A stretch of 64,000 nucleotides of DNA. It comes from an uncultured Methanomassiliicoccales archaeon (GTDB taxonomy: Archaea > Thermoplasmatota > Thermoplasmata > Methanomassiliicoccales > UBA472). The notes under the pieces were generated by a model that ran no database searches, had not been told where the DNA came from, and was given only the letters and a program-made list of their open reading frames with translations. Within the stretch, counting starts at the first letter, position 1; each line of letters starts with the position of its first letter. The position numbers and the translations under genes are program-made. The stretch covers positions 139,821 through 203,820 of the forward strand of contig CAVTBB010000005.1 in the NCBI GenBank assembly GCA_963732855.1, read 5' to 3'. Below, one piece after another: positions 36,592 through 45,033 of the stretch.

Positions 36592-37530
36592 ATGGCTTAC
36601 GATCTCGTGATAGTTGGTGCTGGCCCGGCAGGGCTCACGGCAGGCGTCTATGCGGAGAATCGGAAGCTCAATACGCTCATAATCGAAGCAGGTGCAGCGG
36701 GCGGCCAGTTGATAAACATCTATCCCGAGAAGGTAATCGCCAACTACCCGAGCGTCACCGAGATCCACGCCCATGACCTGGGCTGGTCCATGGTGGACCA
36801 CGCCAAAGCGGCCGGTTGCGATATCCACGAACACGAGATCGTGCACGACATCCTCGACAGGGGCGAAGGATTGGTGGTCTTAACCAATAAAGGCGAGTAC
36901 GAGACCAAGACGGTCATACTCTCCATCGGCACCGGTCTGTTCAGACCAAAGATGATCGGCGTGCCAGGCGAGGAGCGGCTCGAAGGAAAGGGTGTCTACC
37001 ACAAGCTGCCGGAGAAGAAGGAGCTGGAAGGGAAGCGGATACTTTTCGTCGGCGGCGGCAACAGCGCACTGGAGATGGCCCTTCTTGCTTCAGATGTGGC
37101 GCAGGTCTACATCGTGCACCGGCGGGATTGCTTCCGGGCGGACGGGTGCATCGTGGACAGGGTCGTGGCCAAGAACATCAAGACGATCATGTCGGCGGAG
37201 GTAAAGGAGATCCTCGGCGTGGACAGGGTGGAGGGTGCCATCCTCTGCGTCGGGGAGCCGGCTGGGGAGATGAAGCTGGACGTCGATATGGTGGTCGTGA
37301 ACATCGGCGTAACACCAGAGCTGGAGTTCCTGCAGAAATGGAACGTTGCCCTGGAGGGCAACCAGATCAAGGTCGACACGGAGATGCGGACATCGCGAAG
37401 AGGGGTTTTCGCCTGCGGTGACGCGGTCATCTATCCCGGCAAGTACAGGCAGATCGTGGTCGCCTGCGGGGAAGGGGCCACGGCGGCCAACTCGGTGTAC
37501 AAGTACGTCATAAAGCCCTACTGGGCCTGA
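36592..37530 (+). CDS. thioredoxin-reductase-like FAD/NAD(P) oxidoreductase (no CxxC redox motif seen)
   Basis: It has the FAD motif VIVGAGPAGLTAG, the NAD(P) motif FVGGGNSALEMAL, and GVFACGD. The TrxB CATC motif is absent, so a ferredoxin-NADP-reductase-like function is possible. Confidence 0.8.
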   Translation: MAYDLVIVGAGPAGLTAGVYAENRKLNTLIIEAGAAGGQLINIYPEKVIANYPSVTEIHAHDLGWSMVDHAKAAGCDIHEHEIVHDILDRGEGLVVLTNKGEYETKTVILSIGTGLFRPKMIGVPGEERLEGKGVYHKLPEKKELEGKRILFVGGGNSALEMALLASDVAQVYIVHRRDCFRADGCIVDRVVAKNIKTIMSAEVKEILGVDRVEGAILCVGEPAGEMKLDVDMVVVNIGVTPELEFLQKWNVALEGNQIKVDTEMRTSRRGVFACGDAVIYPGKYRQIVVACGEGATAANSVYKYVIKPYWA

Positions 37531-37632
37531 GCGGGTCAAGAATGCATCCGGTCCCGTTCAAAATCGTATTAAAAATTGGTATCTTGACGGATCGGCGCAA
37601 ATGCGACGGCCGTCAATGGGTTTGCGAAGGGT

Positions 37633-37803
37633 TTAATCAACGGAGATAGCGTTGTTCGGGCACTCGTCGACGCAAGCACCGCAGTCCACACAGTCCTTCT
37701 CGTTGACGACAGCTACCTCGGCTACCTTGATGCATGCCTGTGGGCAGACATCTTCGCAAGCACCGCATCCTACGCACTCTTCGGCCTTAATCTTTGCAGC
37801 CAT
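37633..37803 (-). CDS. 2x[4Fe-4S] ferredoxin (56 aa, missed by ORF track)
   Basis: Hand translation gives MAAKIKAEECVGCGACEDVCPQACIKVAEVAVVNEKDCVDCGACVDECPNNAISVD. It contains two CxxCxxCxxxCP motifs. Confidence 0.85.
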   Translation of the reverse strand: MAAKIKAEECVGCGACEDVCPQACIKVAEVAVVNEKDCVDCGACVDECPNNAISVD

Positions 37804-37944
37804 TTGAAGCACCTTTACGCCTGAACTCGAAACATATTATAAAAAATTATTGCCCGACTCTTCGTGATGGAACTTGTTTGACCTCGGTGGCTCCATCGGC
37901 ATACATTACGATCCGCAGGTCCTGATGTATCACACGTCAACCGA

Positions 37945-38370
37945 TCAGCGAACGACCAATACCGAACAGCCCGCCCTCTTCGTGAGCGCTTCCGAAGTGC
38001 TGCCGACGAATAGACCCTTCGGGCCGTGAAGTCCCCTGCACCCGGAGACGATCAGTTCGGCTCCGTTCCTATGGGCGTAATTGACTATTTGGGTGGCGGG
38101 GTGGCCGTGGAGCACCGCCGATCTGGCCGCGACCCCTTCGGACTTGGCGATCTCCAGCGCGTCGTTGATGATGCACACCGCTCGGGCCTCTGCCTGCTTG
38201 TCGTCCTTGTCCGACATCAGTGCCGGATAGCTAATGACGTGGACCGCGGTCAGCCTCGTTCCCTGCATTGCCCTGGCCATCGCCGCAGCTCGATGCATTG
38301 CCTTGTTGCTGCCTTCCGACCCATCCACCGCGACAATGATCAGATCCCTACCTTCACCTTCATTGGCCAA
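37945..38370 (-). CDS. universal stress protein (UspA family)
   Basis: It has the Usp pattern IIVAVDGSE...ELIVSGCRGLHG...GSTSEALTKRAGCSVLVV. Confidence 0.85.
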   Translation of the reverse strand: MANEGEGRDLIIVAVDGSEGSNKAMHRAAAMARAMQGTRLTAVHVISYPALMSDKDDKQAEARAVCIINDALEIAKSEGVAARSAVLHGHPATQIVNYAHRNGAELIVSGCRGLHGPKGLFVGSTSEALTKRAGCSVLVVR

Positions 38371-38652
38371 TCATTTCACCTGGGGATGGAGGCTACGATG
38401 AGCGGTCAGTGTCGGTCCGACGGGCTCACCGTACGTCCATCACTATTATTGAGTACTGGCCGGCATTTAATAGCTTGCCCGACAACTTACCAAGGTGATA
38501 ACAGAGAACGAGAGGGGCAATACACGAGGATGTTGTGTGCGGGGGAATGACGATCATTGCTGAAACGGCTATGACCAGGAGGGTTCATCACCGGCCTATG
38601 ACCGACCACAGGACTGGACATCTTGAAATAAGGTCGGGGGCATGACTCCCTC

Positions 38653-39720
38653 ATGGAGCTAGCATCCGGGAAACTGCTTACGGCCGACGGATTCATCGAC
38701 GGGCACATCGAGTTCGAGAACGGCCTGGTGAAGAGCGTGGGCGAGGGAACGTCCAAGAAGGCGACGGTAAAGGGCGTGATCGTCCCGACGCTCATCAACT
38801 GTCACACGCACATCGCCGACTACGTCGTCCCGGTGGACGCGAGGCTTTCGTTGGAGGAGCTGGTCGCGCCCCCGAACGGGCTGAAACACCGCATCCTCAA
38901 GAACATGCCCTTGAACCATCTGACCGCTTCAATGGTCCGTTTGTCCCGGTTCATGTTCTCCCGGGGCATTTCCAGCTATGTGGATTTCCGGGAGGGCGGG
39001 GTCGAGGGGGCCCAGGCACTGGCCTCGGCCAAGGGGAACGGGGCGGAACCGATCATCATGGCCCGCCCGGCAGAGATGAGGTACGTGTCATCAGAGATCA
39101 ATGCGCTGCTGAAGGTGGCGAACGGCATCGCGGTCAGCTCCATCTCCGACTGGGACTACGAAGAGCTGAGCGCTCTTGCTGAGCATGTGAGCCGGAAGGG
39201 TGCCCGGTTCGCGATCCATGCGTCCGAACGGGTCCGAGAGGACATCGGGAAGGTGCTGGACCTGAAGCCCCGCTTCGTCGTGCACATGACCATGGCGACA
39301 AAGGAGGACGTGACCGCCTGCGCCGATTCGAACGTACCTATCGTCGCCTGCCCCCGGTCGAACCTGTTCTTCGGCTCGGTCCCGCCGCTCAAAATGATGT
39401 TGGACGCCGGGGCGAAGGTGGCGTTGGGCACGGACAACGCGATGGTCTCGATGCCAGACATGCTCCAGGAGATCGAGACGGCGGCACGCCTTCTCCGTTC
39501 CCAGGGAATGCGCGACCTGACCCCCTTGATGGATATGGCTTTCGCAAACGCACGAATACTTTTAAATCGAAACGACTCACTTAACATACAACCGGGGACT
39601 CCATGCGATTTCATGGTCCTGCGGTCCAAAGGGGGAGATCCCCTGACGGATCTGGTGCTGAGGTCCAGCCCAGAAGACCCGTGCCTAGTCTGCTACGGGA
39701 AACACATTTGGAGGAATTAA
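38653..39720 (+). CDS. amidohydrolase-superfamily (chlorohydrolase/deaminase-like) enzyme
   Basis: It has the N-terminal metal motif INCHTHIAD, plus HASE, a later H, and GTDN motifs typical of amidohydrolase_1. Confidence 0.75.
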   Translation: MELASGKLLTADGFIDGHIEFENGLVKSVGEGTSKKATVKGVIVPTLINCHTHIADYVVPVDARLSLEELVAPPNGLKHRILKNMPLNHLTASMVRLSRFMFSRGISSYVDFREGGVEGAQALASAKGNGAEPIIMARPAEMRYVSSEINALLKVANGIAVSSISDWDYEELSALAEHVSRKGARFAIHASERVREDIGKVLDLKPRFVVHMTMATKEDVTACADSNVPIVACPRSNLFFGSVPPLKMMLDAGAKVALGTDNAMVSMPDMLQEIETAARLLRSQGMRDLTPLMDMAFANARILLNRNDSLNIQPGTPCDFMVLRSKGGDPLTDLVLRSSPEDPCLVCYGKHIWRN

Positions 39721-39721
39721 C

Positions 39722-40168
39722 ATGAATCTGTTCAAGCACATACTGGTACCCACGGACGGTAGCGAATACACCAGGGCGGCCATCAGCAAGGGATTGGAGC
39801 TGGCGAAGCTCATGGGTGCAGACATCACGGCATTGTACGTTGTGGACCAGACCTCGTTCATCAATTTCCCGATGGACTCGACGGTGGTCAGCGTCTATTC
39901 CCTCCTGGAAAAGGAAGGCAAGGACGCGGTCGACTACGTCAGGTCAGAAGGCGATAAGCTGGGCGTCAAGGTCCAAACCTCGATCGTCGAAGGCTCACCG
40001 GCACGCAAGATCGTCGAGGCGTCCGCGACCCACGACCTGGTGGTCATGGGCACGCTGGGACGGACCGGATTCTCAAAGCTCCTGCTGGGCTCGGTGGCCG
40101 AGCGTGTCATTCGATTCTCCAAGTGCCCCGTGCTGGTGGTCAAACCGGAAGGGGAGGTGGAACCATGA
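39722..40168 (+). CDS. universal stress protein (UspA family)
   Basis: It has ILVPTDGSEYT...DLVVMGTLGRTGFSKLLLGSVAERVIRFSKCPVLVV. Confidence 0.85.
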   Translation: MNLFKHILVPTDGSEYTRAAISKGLELAKLMGADITALYVVDQTSFINFPMDSTVVSVYSLLEKEGKDAVDYVRSEGDKLGVKVQTSIVEGSPARKIVEASATHDLVVMGTLGRTGFSKLLLGSVAERVIRFSKCPVLVVKPEGEVEP

Positions 40169-41013
40169 CCACGGTGGGCGAGGTGATGACGGCGAACCCG
40201 ATCGTGGCCCAGGTGCCCGGTTCCCGCAACGAGGTTCTCAAGATCATGGTCAAGCATAACCTGACCGGACTGCCGGTGGTCAGGCGCAGCGACGGTTCGC
40301 TGGCCGGGATCATCACCAGGCAGGACATCTTCGATAAGCCGGACGAGGACCAGGCTGCCCTGATCATGAACCGCGAGCCGGTCACCATAGGACCGAGGGC
40401 GGAGGTGGAGGAAGCGGCGAAGATACTGCTGCACAAGAACCTCAGGCACCTGCCGGTCATCGACGGCGACAAGCTGGTCGGTATCCTCACACCGACCGAT
40501 CTGCTCTCCGTCGTCGAGAAAAAGAACATATCCACCCCGGTGGAGAAAGTGATCCGGTCACCGTGCATCCCGATCTACCACGGCGCCCCGCTGGCGGTAG
40601 CGTCCGTTACGCTCAAGGTCAGCAAGGCCTCCGCCTTGGCCGTACTGGATGACGGCGGGCGTCTGATCGGCCTACTGACCGACCGCGACATCTTCAACAA
40701 GAGCTATGTGAACGGCACCGTCGCGATGGAGGAGCTGGGCATACCTCAGGACGAGGACGAGTGGACCTGGGACGGTCTGCGCAACGTCATGAAGCTGTGG
40801 TACGAAGTGTCGAAGATAGACCTGCCCGGGATCCCGGTACGTGACATTATGGTGCGCAACCCGATGACCGTCTTCAAGAAGACGTCGATATCCGAAGCGG
40901 CCCGCATCATGCGCAAGAACGACTTCGGCCAGCTGCCGGTGAGGGACTCCAAGGATAACCTCCAGGCGATGATCTACGACCACGACATCATATCGATATT
41001 GGCGGAAGATTAA
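40165..41013 (+). CDS. CBS-domain protein (two CBS pairs)
   Basis: It has four CBS-like repeats (V.EVMT..., GLPVV, HLPVID, QLPVRD). The ATG overlaps the upstream stop (ATGA). Confidence 0.85.
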   Translation: MTTVGEVMTANPIVAQVPGSRNEVLKIMVKHNLTGLPVVRRSDGSLAGIITRQDIFDKPDEDQAALIMNREPVTIGPRAEVEEAAKILLHKNLRHLPVIDGDKLVGILTPTDLLSVVEKKNISTPVEKVIRSPCIPIYHGAPLAVASVTLKVSKASALAVLDDGGRLIGLLTDRDIFNKSYVNGTVAMEELGIPQDEDEWTWDGLRNVMKLWYEVSKIDLPGIPVRDIMVRNPMTVFKKTSISEAARIMRKNDFGQLPVRDSKDNLQAMIYDHDIISILAED

Positions 41014-41045
41014 ACTAGGTCCGTTGAATCATTGGAGTGGATCAC

Positions 41046-42782
41046 ATGGCTGACGTTAACTCAGGGGACATCCTCTCCCTGTGCAAGCGGAGAGGGTTCA
41101 TCTACCCATCCTACGAGATATACGGCGGCATCGCCGGATTGTTCGACTACGGTCCGCTCGGCTGTACCATGAAGACGAACGTCATGAACCAGTGGCGCCG
41201 GATCTATGCGCTGGAAGAAGGTTTCCTGGAGATCGACGGCGAGACCATCGGCCCGGAGGCGGTCTTCAAGGCGTCCGGCCACGTGGACAACTTCGCCGAC
41301 CTGCTCGTCTCGTGCGTAAAGTGCGAAGAGTCGTTTAGGGCGGACCATCTCTGCAAGGAACTGCACCCGAACCCGGGGGCGTTGCCGAAGGGGGAGCTGG
41401 AAGACCTCATCTGCAAGAACGCGGTGGTCTGTACGGCGTGCGGCGGGGAGCTCTCCCACGTGGAAGAGTTCAACCTGATGTTCAAGACCAAGATCGGACC
41501 GGGGAAGGGTCGGGTCGGCTATCTGCGTCCGGAAACGGCGCAGGGCATCTTCGTGAACTTCGCCAACCTTTACCGTCACGCCCGCGAGCGTCTTCCCTTC
41601 GGCGTAATCCAGATCGGTCGCGGCTACCGTAACGAGATCTCGCCCCGGCAGGGTGTGATCCGGATGCGCGAGTTCAACATGATGGAGGCGGAGCTTTTCG
41701 TCGACCCGACGGACAAGCGCTGGCCGACGTTCGATTCGATCAAGGACACGAAGGTAACGCTGGTCCCGAACGCCTACATGGACACCGAGGAGAAGATCGA
41801 GGTTGTCCTGGAGACGACGTTCGGCGCGGCGGTCGACGACAAGATCATCGCGCACGAGACGATAGCCTACTTCCTGTACATCACGCAGCGTTTCCTGACC
41901 GAGGCGGGCGTGGACCCGGTGCGGCTACGATTCCGGCAGCACCTGAAGACCGAGATGGCGCACTACGCCTGCGACTGCTGGGATGCCGAGGCGCTGCTGA
42001 GCTATGGTTGGACCGAGATAACGGGCATCGCCGACCGCGGCTCCTGGGATCTCTCGCGGCATATTCAGTTCTCCAACGCCGACCTTACGGCGTTCAAACG
42101 GTTCGACGATCCGATCGAAGTGGAGAAGGACGTGATAAAGGGCAAGTTCGGCGTACTTGGCCCGGAGTTCAAGGGCAAGGCGAAGAAGGTGTCCACAGCA
42201 CTGGAGCAGACCGATCCGTCGAAGATCGTCGACGGCAAGGTGACCGTCGAGGTTGACGGGGAGATGATCACCCTCGAGCCGAAGCACTATGAGGTCGTAC
42301 GCATAAAGGAGAAGGTGAACGGCGAGAAGGTCGTACCCCACGTCATCGAGCCGTCCCACGGCCTGGACCGCATCATGTATACCTGTCTGGAACACGCTTA
42401 CAACGTGAGCGCCGACGGTTACGTCACACTGAAATTGAAAGCGGCCACCGCCCCGATCAAGGTGGGCGTTTTCCCGCTCATGTCCAAGGACGACCTGGAC
42501 AAGATCGCGATGGACCTGGATGCCAAGCTGCGCAGGCGGGGCATCACCACCGCGTTCGACGATTCCGGCTCCATCGGCCGACGATATGCCAGGATGGACG
42601 AGGTCGGAACGCCGTACTGCATCACGGTCGACTACGAGGCCAAGGAGAAAGGCCGAGTGACCATCCGCGACCGGGATACGACGCAGCAGAAGTGGATACC
42701 CCTGGAGGACGTCGTGAAGGACGTCGAATCACTGTTGAACGGAACGCCGTTCAGCGAGCTCGAGGGCGAGACGAAGGTATGA
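41046..42782 (+). CDS. glyS: glycine--tRNA ligase (archaeal/eukaryotic dimeric type)
   Basis: It is collinear with class II archaeal GlyRS (RRGFIYPSYEIYGG, YLRPETAQGIF, FRNEISPR, EPSHGLDRI, GRRYARMDEVGTPYCITVD). The start is the ATG at 41046, which follows GGAG. Confidence 0.9.
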   Translation: MADVNSGDILSLCKRRGFIYPSYEIYGGIAGLFDYGPLGCTMKTNVMNQWRRIYALEEGFLEIDGETIGPEAVFKASGHVDNFADLLVSCVKCEESFRADHLCKELHPNPGALPKGELEDLICKNAVVCTACGGELSHVEEFNLMFKTKIGPGKGRVGYLRPETAQGIFVNFANLYRHARERLPFGVIQIGRGYRNEISPRQGVIRMREFNMMEAELFVDPTDKRWPTFDSIKDTKVTLVPNAYMDTEEKIEVVLETTFGAAVDDKIIAHETIAYFLYITQRFLTEAGVDPVRLRFRQHLKTEMAHYACDCWDAEALLSYGWTEITGIADRGSWDLSRHIQFSNADLTAFKRFDDPIEVEKDVIKGKFGVLGPEFKGKAKKVSTALEQTDPSKIVDGKVTVEVDGEMITLEPKHYEVVRIKEKVNGEKVVPHVIEPSHGLDRIMYTCLEHAYNVSADGYVTLKLKAATAPIKVGVFPLMSKDDLDKIAMDLDAKLRRRGITTAFDDSGSIGRRYARMDEVGTPYCITVDYEAKEKGRVTIRDRDTTQQKWIPLEDVVKDVESLLNGTPFSELEGETKV

Positions 42783-42874
42783 TAAGCCCCGAGCACGGGT
42801 GATATCATGGACGAAGATTCGTAAGAAGCTATAATAGCTTCCAGCTGACTATAGAACATTGAGGTGAATTAAAA

Positions 42875-44062
42875 ATGGTAGGAGAGAACTTGGAAGCGCT
42901 GAAGAGGCGGGAAATGCTCCGGTCGGTCATAGACTCGAAGCAGATCTCCGAGCTCATAAACACAAAGTTCGAAACGATCGACCCGGAAACGTCACTGTCC
43001 GACGCGGTGGCCAAGATGAGGGCGAGCGACCTGTACGAGATACCGGTCGTGGAGAAGAAGAAGCTGGTCGGAGTGCTCAGCTTCAGCTCCATGATAAAGA
43101 AGCGGACGATGGTCGTCGGCATGAAAGTGAAGGGATTGATGGACATCCCGCCTGGCATCACCCAGGACATGACCACCACCGAACTGGCGGAGCAGTTCAT
43201 CGCCACTAACTATAGGACCATGCCGATAGTGAAGGCAAAGAGTGTGGTCGGCATCGTGTCCCGGTCCGACGTGATCAAGATCGCCCAGGGCATCAAGGAG
43301 TTCAAGGACATCAAGGCGTCCGACATAATGACGTACGATATCACCGCGGTCGAATCGAAAGAGCCGATCCGGAACGCGCTGGAGATGATGAGGCGCCTGG
43401 ACATCAGGACCATACCGGTGGTCGACGAGAACTTCAAGATCAACGGCATCATCGGTGTCCGCGACATCATCAACTATTCCTGGGAAGGTGAGCACAAGTC
43501 CAAGGCCACCCGCGGCGAGAGGGCCGGCAACACGAACCCGGTCGAGGTGCGCGTCGATTCGATCATGCACCCGGCGGTCAAGACCATCAAGCTGGGAACG
43601 ACGGTGAACGACGCCGTGAAGCTGATGCTGAAGGAGAACATCTCCACCCTGCCGGTGATCGAGAAGGACGTCATAAAGGGCGTGCTGACGGCCTACGATA
43701 TCCTGGAAATGATGGCATCGGTCCGGAAGAGGGACGTCGTCTACATGCAGATCTCCGGGCTCGAGGAGGAGGACCGCTTCAACCTGGACCAGATGGAGAG
43801 GGATATCCAGACCGGTCTGGCCAAGATCTCCAAGATCCAGACGCCGATGCTGTTCACGATGCACGTGCAGAAGTACAACGCCACCGGGAGCGGGGCCAAG
43901 TACTCGTTGTCCGGACGGCTGCACACGGCACAGAACACGTACACCGCGTCGGGCGTGGAATGGTCTTTGATGGCCGCCACCGCTGACATGATGGACCGGT
44001 TCGACGCCATGGTCACCGAGAAAAAGCAGGAGAAGGTCGAGAAACGCAAGAAGATCCAGTGA
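42875..44062 (+). CDS. CBS-domain protein with distinct C-terminal alpha/beta domain
   Basis: It has four CBS repeats followed by a ~100-aa tail (VYMQISGLEEEDRFNLDQMERDIQ...KYSLSGRLHT) that is reminiscent of HPF/RaiA-like folds. That fold assignment is speculative. Confidence 0.75.
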   Translation: MVGENLEALKRREMLRSVIDSKQISELINTKFETIDPETSLSDAVAKMRASDLYEIPVVEKKKLVGVLSFSSMIKKRTMVVGMKVKGLMDIPPGITQDMTTTELAEQFIATNYRTMPIVKAKSVVGIVSRSDVIKIAQGIKEFKDIKASDIMTYDITAVESKEPIRNALEMMRRLDIRTIPVVDENFKINGIIGVRDIINYSWEGEHKSKATRGERAGNTNPVEVRVDSIMHPAVKTIKLGTTVNDAVKLMLKENISTLPVIEKDVIKGVLTAYDILEMMASVRKRDVVYMQISGLEEEDRFNLDQMERDIQTGLAKISKIQTPMLFTMHVQKYNATGSGAKYSLSGRLHTAQNTYTASGVEWSLMAATADMMDRFDAMVTEKKQEKVEKRKKIQ

Positions 44063-44162
44063 GCTTGCTCTCGGCAGCAAACATTTTCCCAAATCCATTA
44101 TTTTCTTCTGATTCCGATCCCAGAGGCGAGCTGGCCCCGTTTCTTCATCCTGACCGATATGA

Positions 44163-44540
44163 TCATTTCGGATAGACGAAGCCGGTCTCCTCCTCGTTCG
44201 TGCGCACCGGACGGACCTCTATCCGGGCGCTCGTCCCGAAGGAGAACTCCGGGTTCAGCTTGGCGATGGCGATCGCCTCGTCCATGTCATCGGCGAGGAC
44301 GTGATAGTAGCCGACCTGGACCTCGCCCTTGCCCCTCATCGGACGCACGTTCCAGTCATTACCGGAACGGGAGACGATGACGCCGGTCTTGACCAGCGGC
44401 TGGGCGGCGATCAGTCGGCCGTCCTTCCTGAGCCGGTCGATGTAGACCTCGCGATCCTTCAGGAACCGGAGGTGACGCTCGGGCGGCCAATCCGATTGAT
44501 GGTCGATCTCGTTGCGGATGAGAAGCATGAACTCGCGCAT
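44163..44540 (-). CDS. YCII-related domain protein
   Basis: It is 125 aa with the pattern FMLLIRNE...YIDRLRKDGRLIAAQPL...GYYHVLADDMDEAIAIAK, as in the YciI/DGPF family. Confidence 0.7.
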   Translation of the reverse strand: MREFMLLIRNEIDHQSDWPPERHLRFLKDREVYIDRLRKDGRLIAAQPLVKTGVIVSRSGNDWNVRPMRGKGEVQVGYYHVLADDMDEAIAIAKLNPEFSFGTSARIEVRPVRTNEEETGFVYPK

Positions 44541-45033
44541 GGGAGACGGTTAGAATGCAGGCGGTGTAAATGCTTATTGATGGAAAGGAGTTCAGGATTT
44601 TGTCGTGTGACGTGTCGTTAAAAAATCTATACCTGTTAATGCACTATCGTTTACGACAGGGTTGATGTGGCTTCCGTACGAGTCATCGCAAGATCCGGTT
44701 TGACAAGGCCGGACCTTAAAAACTATGCCAGATGGAATATTTTGCACCGTCAGTGGCTATTACATCCAGACATCAAAATGAAGAAAAATAGAAAAATAGC
44801 CAGTCACGAGATGTGATATCGATTGGAATATTATAATTATTATTTATGATATAAAAACAAGCTTTATTAATATGGATGGCATGCGAGGATAAAGCGCGGG
44901 AAGGTCACACCTCAGATTCCTCCAAACTCTGACGCTTATCATTCTGGCTTCTCCCGCGCCCCCTTAACTCATCCTGTTCTCGTAACGCATTGACACAATG
45001 CTTTTTACCCCTTCCACCTTTCCCCTTCTGTCC

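Noticed and set aside
42992-44098. A 368-aa ORF lies antisense to the CBS-domain gene. Similar long antisense or overlapping ORFs exist, e.g. 41061..41855 (antisense to glyS), 44905..45708 and 45069..45857 (over valS), 14787..15647 (over pyrD), 27880..28704 and 28605..29228 (over the MtaA-like gene), and 7244..8131.
   Set aside because: Their products are low-complexity, rich in Arg/Gly/His/Pro/Leu, and have no motifs. Each fully overlaps a gene with clear family signatures. Long shadow ORFs are expected in GC-rich coding DNA.
44541-45033. A ~490-nt gap lies upstream of valS, and I examined it for an ncRNA (C/D-box sRNA, leader structure).
   Set aside because: I could not identify convincing C (RUGAUGA) and D (CUGA) box pairs or a conserved-looking fold by eye. 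The AT-rich part looks like an ordinary promoter region.
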